Position numbers and translations under genes: made by a program
In this document: positions 61,797-64,000 of the stretch, piece by piece
Layout of the letters: each line of letters begins with the position of its first letter
How positions within the stretch are numbered: the first letter of the stretch is position 1
The notes under the pieces: generated by a model
Databases searched by the model: none
What the model was told of the DNA's origin: nothing
The model's input: the letters and a program-made list of their open reading frames with translations, nothing else
NCBI GenBank assembly: GCA_030248215.1
Contig: JASANG010003765.1
Span: forward strand, 248,001-312,000
Reading direction: 5' to 3'
DNA: 64,000 bases
DNA from: Enoplolaimus lenunculus
Taxonomy: Eukaryota

Positions 61797-63374
61797 TGTA
61801 GGTGGCTATGCCACACTTAAACCTATTTCAAACTAAAAACTAAAACTATAAAATAAAACCTTATATCAAAACCACACCTTAAGGGGGCCCCCGGCCCCCC
61901 CCTCCCCCCTTAAAACTTAAGTTAGGCTTAGGCGTTGCTCCAAGGCGTAGAAATTGGTAAAACTACTATGGCGGCTGTGCCCCCAATTCCCTTCCCCGGG
62001 CCCCCGCGGGCCCTTTTTTCCTTAAAATATTCTTTTATAGGTGTCTTTTCTTCCTACTACCCACCACTACCCCCCCCCACCCCCCTCTGGTATTGTGTGT
62101 GTCTCCGGCATTATAGTTGTTGTTGTTGTGGTACCGGATGTGTGGCTCTGGACCTCAACCGCATTGCGGACACCCAATTGTGGGTGTCGGCGAAAATGCA
62201 AATGAGGTCGAGATGCCGATATGGGTAGCCAGGACCGGAATCAGTTTTGGTTTTGGAATTAGTGAACTCGGTTGCTTATCTTTTGGCTGGTTGTGAACAG
62301 ATTCGTACGTTGTTTCTTGAGTTTTGGTTTTGCGTTGAAAGCGGAAGTCTTTAGTAAGTAAGGTTGAGTTGAATTAATTTAAGATTGTCACGGTGGCGTA
62401 AGTATGTGAAGGAAACTACGGAATATTGGTATAATCGGCGTTGCGCACGGCGCAGAATTTACCCAGTATCGGATACTGGTGTCATGTGCTAACGGAACTT
62501 GGGGTATAAAAGTGAACTTGGGAAAAGGTAGTCTAATAAATCTAACGGGGTTAGATTTATTATTCTACGGCGGCTTGGCCAAATCTAACGGGGTTAGATT
62601 GGTCGGAAATTTGGTGTAACTCTAACGGGGTTAGAGTACACGGTTTTACGGGGTGTAATTCTAACGGGGTTAGGATTGCACGGATTCTGGAAAACAACAA
62701 AAGTATTGGGTACGGTAAAGCCAGTGGCTGGATTAAATCAGATTCAGACGTCGGCTTTAAGGATTCCGGCTCGGGTTACCAGTTAAATTGCATAACCTGT
62801 AATTTGCTGGCCTTAATATTGGGTATTTTGTGTCATACGGGTTTCGGGTTGGGATTTATAATAAAATTTACCGGCCGCGTTTTACTAAATCAGAGCGATA
62901 CGCATACATCGAGGAAAGAACATAACAGGCGATACAGGATACCGGCTTAAGGCGAAATCACGAACTTCTCACATGGTGACCACGACGGTCTCGATGCTGA
63001 TTTAGTTGGTGGTCGGTGTGAAAGGAAATAGTTGGAAAAAGGAGAAAGGAATTTTTGGGTGTAAAAGGAAAAGGCTGTTATTGGAAACACAGGATCTGAA
63101 CGATCGTGTTGTGGAAAATAACAGGGAATACAGGCTGAAAAGGAAACTGGGCTGTGAGTATCTACTGCGCGAAAGGGCAACAGATACTGACATTACTGGA
63201 TAGTACAGGCAAAAGGCTGTTATTGGAAACACAGGATCTGAACGATCGTGTTGTGGAAAATAACAAGGAGTACAGGCTGAAAAGGAAACTGGGCTGTGAG
63301 TATCTACTGCGCGAAAGGGCAACAGATACTGACATTACTGGATAGTACAGGCAAAAGGCTGTTATTGGAAACAC
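61797..63374 (+). mobile_element. Second, 3'-truncated copy of the same LTR element (LTR 61797-62973, PBS, ~2.2 units of the 142-bp array)
   Basis: Third LTR separated from the second by only AGA, PBS at 62974, repeats at 63069-63374, then an abrupt end. Contains poly-C-corrupted sequence, so it may be an assembly artefact. Confidence 0.7.
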
Positions 63375-64000
63375 TCTCTACAAAGTATAAACCTGGTTTC
63401 TAGCTCGCTTCCCTCACGAAGTTTACTTCGACATGGTAGTACTCATGTCGCTTGGGTTAAACCCGTTGCTTTTCACTATATAATGTATGCCTACATTTCA
63501 AATTATTTTTAATCGGTTGGAAAAAATCAAATGACTTCAAAGCAAGGTTACCGGAGCAAAAAGTCCGCCCTAATTTCGGATATTTCACCGCGAATTCATG
63601 AATTCGACCGCAAGCGAAGAAGAAATTGTTATTTTTTATGCGATTTTTCCTGTTTCTGAGAAACCGCCTTTATAGTGCAAATTTTGACAAGACTTTATAA
63701 TATGTTTCTGTTCAAGTGACGACTAACACAAGGTTAACGTAGTCTGAAATTGCTTTAATTCTGTATCCAGCTTTAAAATATTTTGCCAAACCATGGTGCG
63801 GTATGTTTCATTTTTTGTTGCAAACTACTTGTTTGACGTAACTCGCGGTGACCATAAATTTGGCTTTTAGCCAAATGACTTGTTTTTATTCAGATTTTAT
63901 AGATAGTAAACTGAAAATTTTTCGCTTAACCCTTTCTCACATGAATATTTTCTTATTTCCCCTGAGACCTACTTTTATGCTAAGATTCGAACTCCAGTGA
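63375..64000 (+). repeat. Near-identical duplicate of 51547-52177
   Basis: TCTCTACAAAGTATAAACCTGG...GAACTCCAGTGA is repeated with a few substitutions and short indels. Confidence 0.92.

Noticed and set aside
61885..62090. Poly-C-rich variant LTR segment and ORF 61935-62228
   Set aside because: It looks like base-calling or consensus corruption of the normal LTR sequence. The A/C tract at 52335-52439 is similarly suspect.

Overview
AT-rich, transposon-dense genomic DNA from an animal. Nematode origin is plausible because dispersed repeats carry the nematode telomere hexamer TTAGGC, but this is an inference. Three intron-containing host genes were reconstructed by hand: the first two exons of a PLD3/PLD4-family gene (minus strand, running off the left edge), a ~306-aa BTB/POZ (KCTD-like) gene (plus, 16579-19868), and a 339-aa six-exon TMEM45-family gene (minus, 21806-26355). 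Intergenic DNA and introns contain many MITE families (hAT-like, TA-flanked Tc1/mariner-pogo-like, PIF/Harbinger-like, and a TTAGGC-carrying family). A 5'-truncated Penelope-like element forms a ~2 kb fold-back palindrome (28034-30010). The most unusual object is a ~9.35 kb LTR retroelement (52440-61793). It has ~1.2 kb TG...CA LTRs, a tRNA-Trp-like PBS and a PPT, but only one intact 1370-aa Gag-like ORF and no pol. Its LTR carries four stem-loops with a shared apex and different self-complementary stems, and its leader carries nine structured 142-bp repeats. The last ~2.2 kb (third LTR, truncated repeat array, re-run of 51547-52177) may be a tandem insertion or duplication, or an assembly artefact. 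All calls are by eye; no searches were run.
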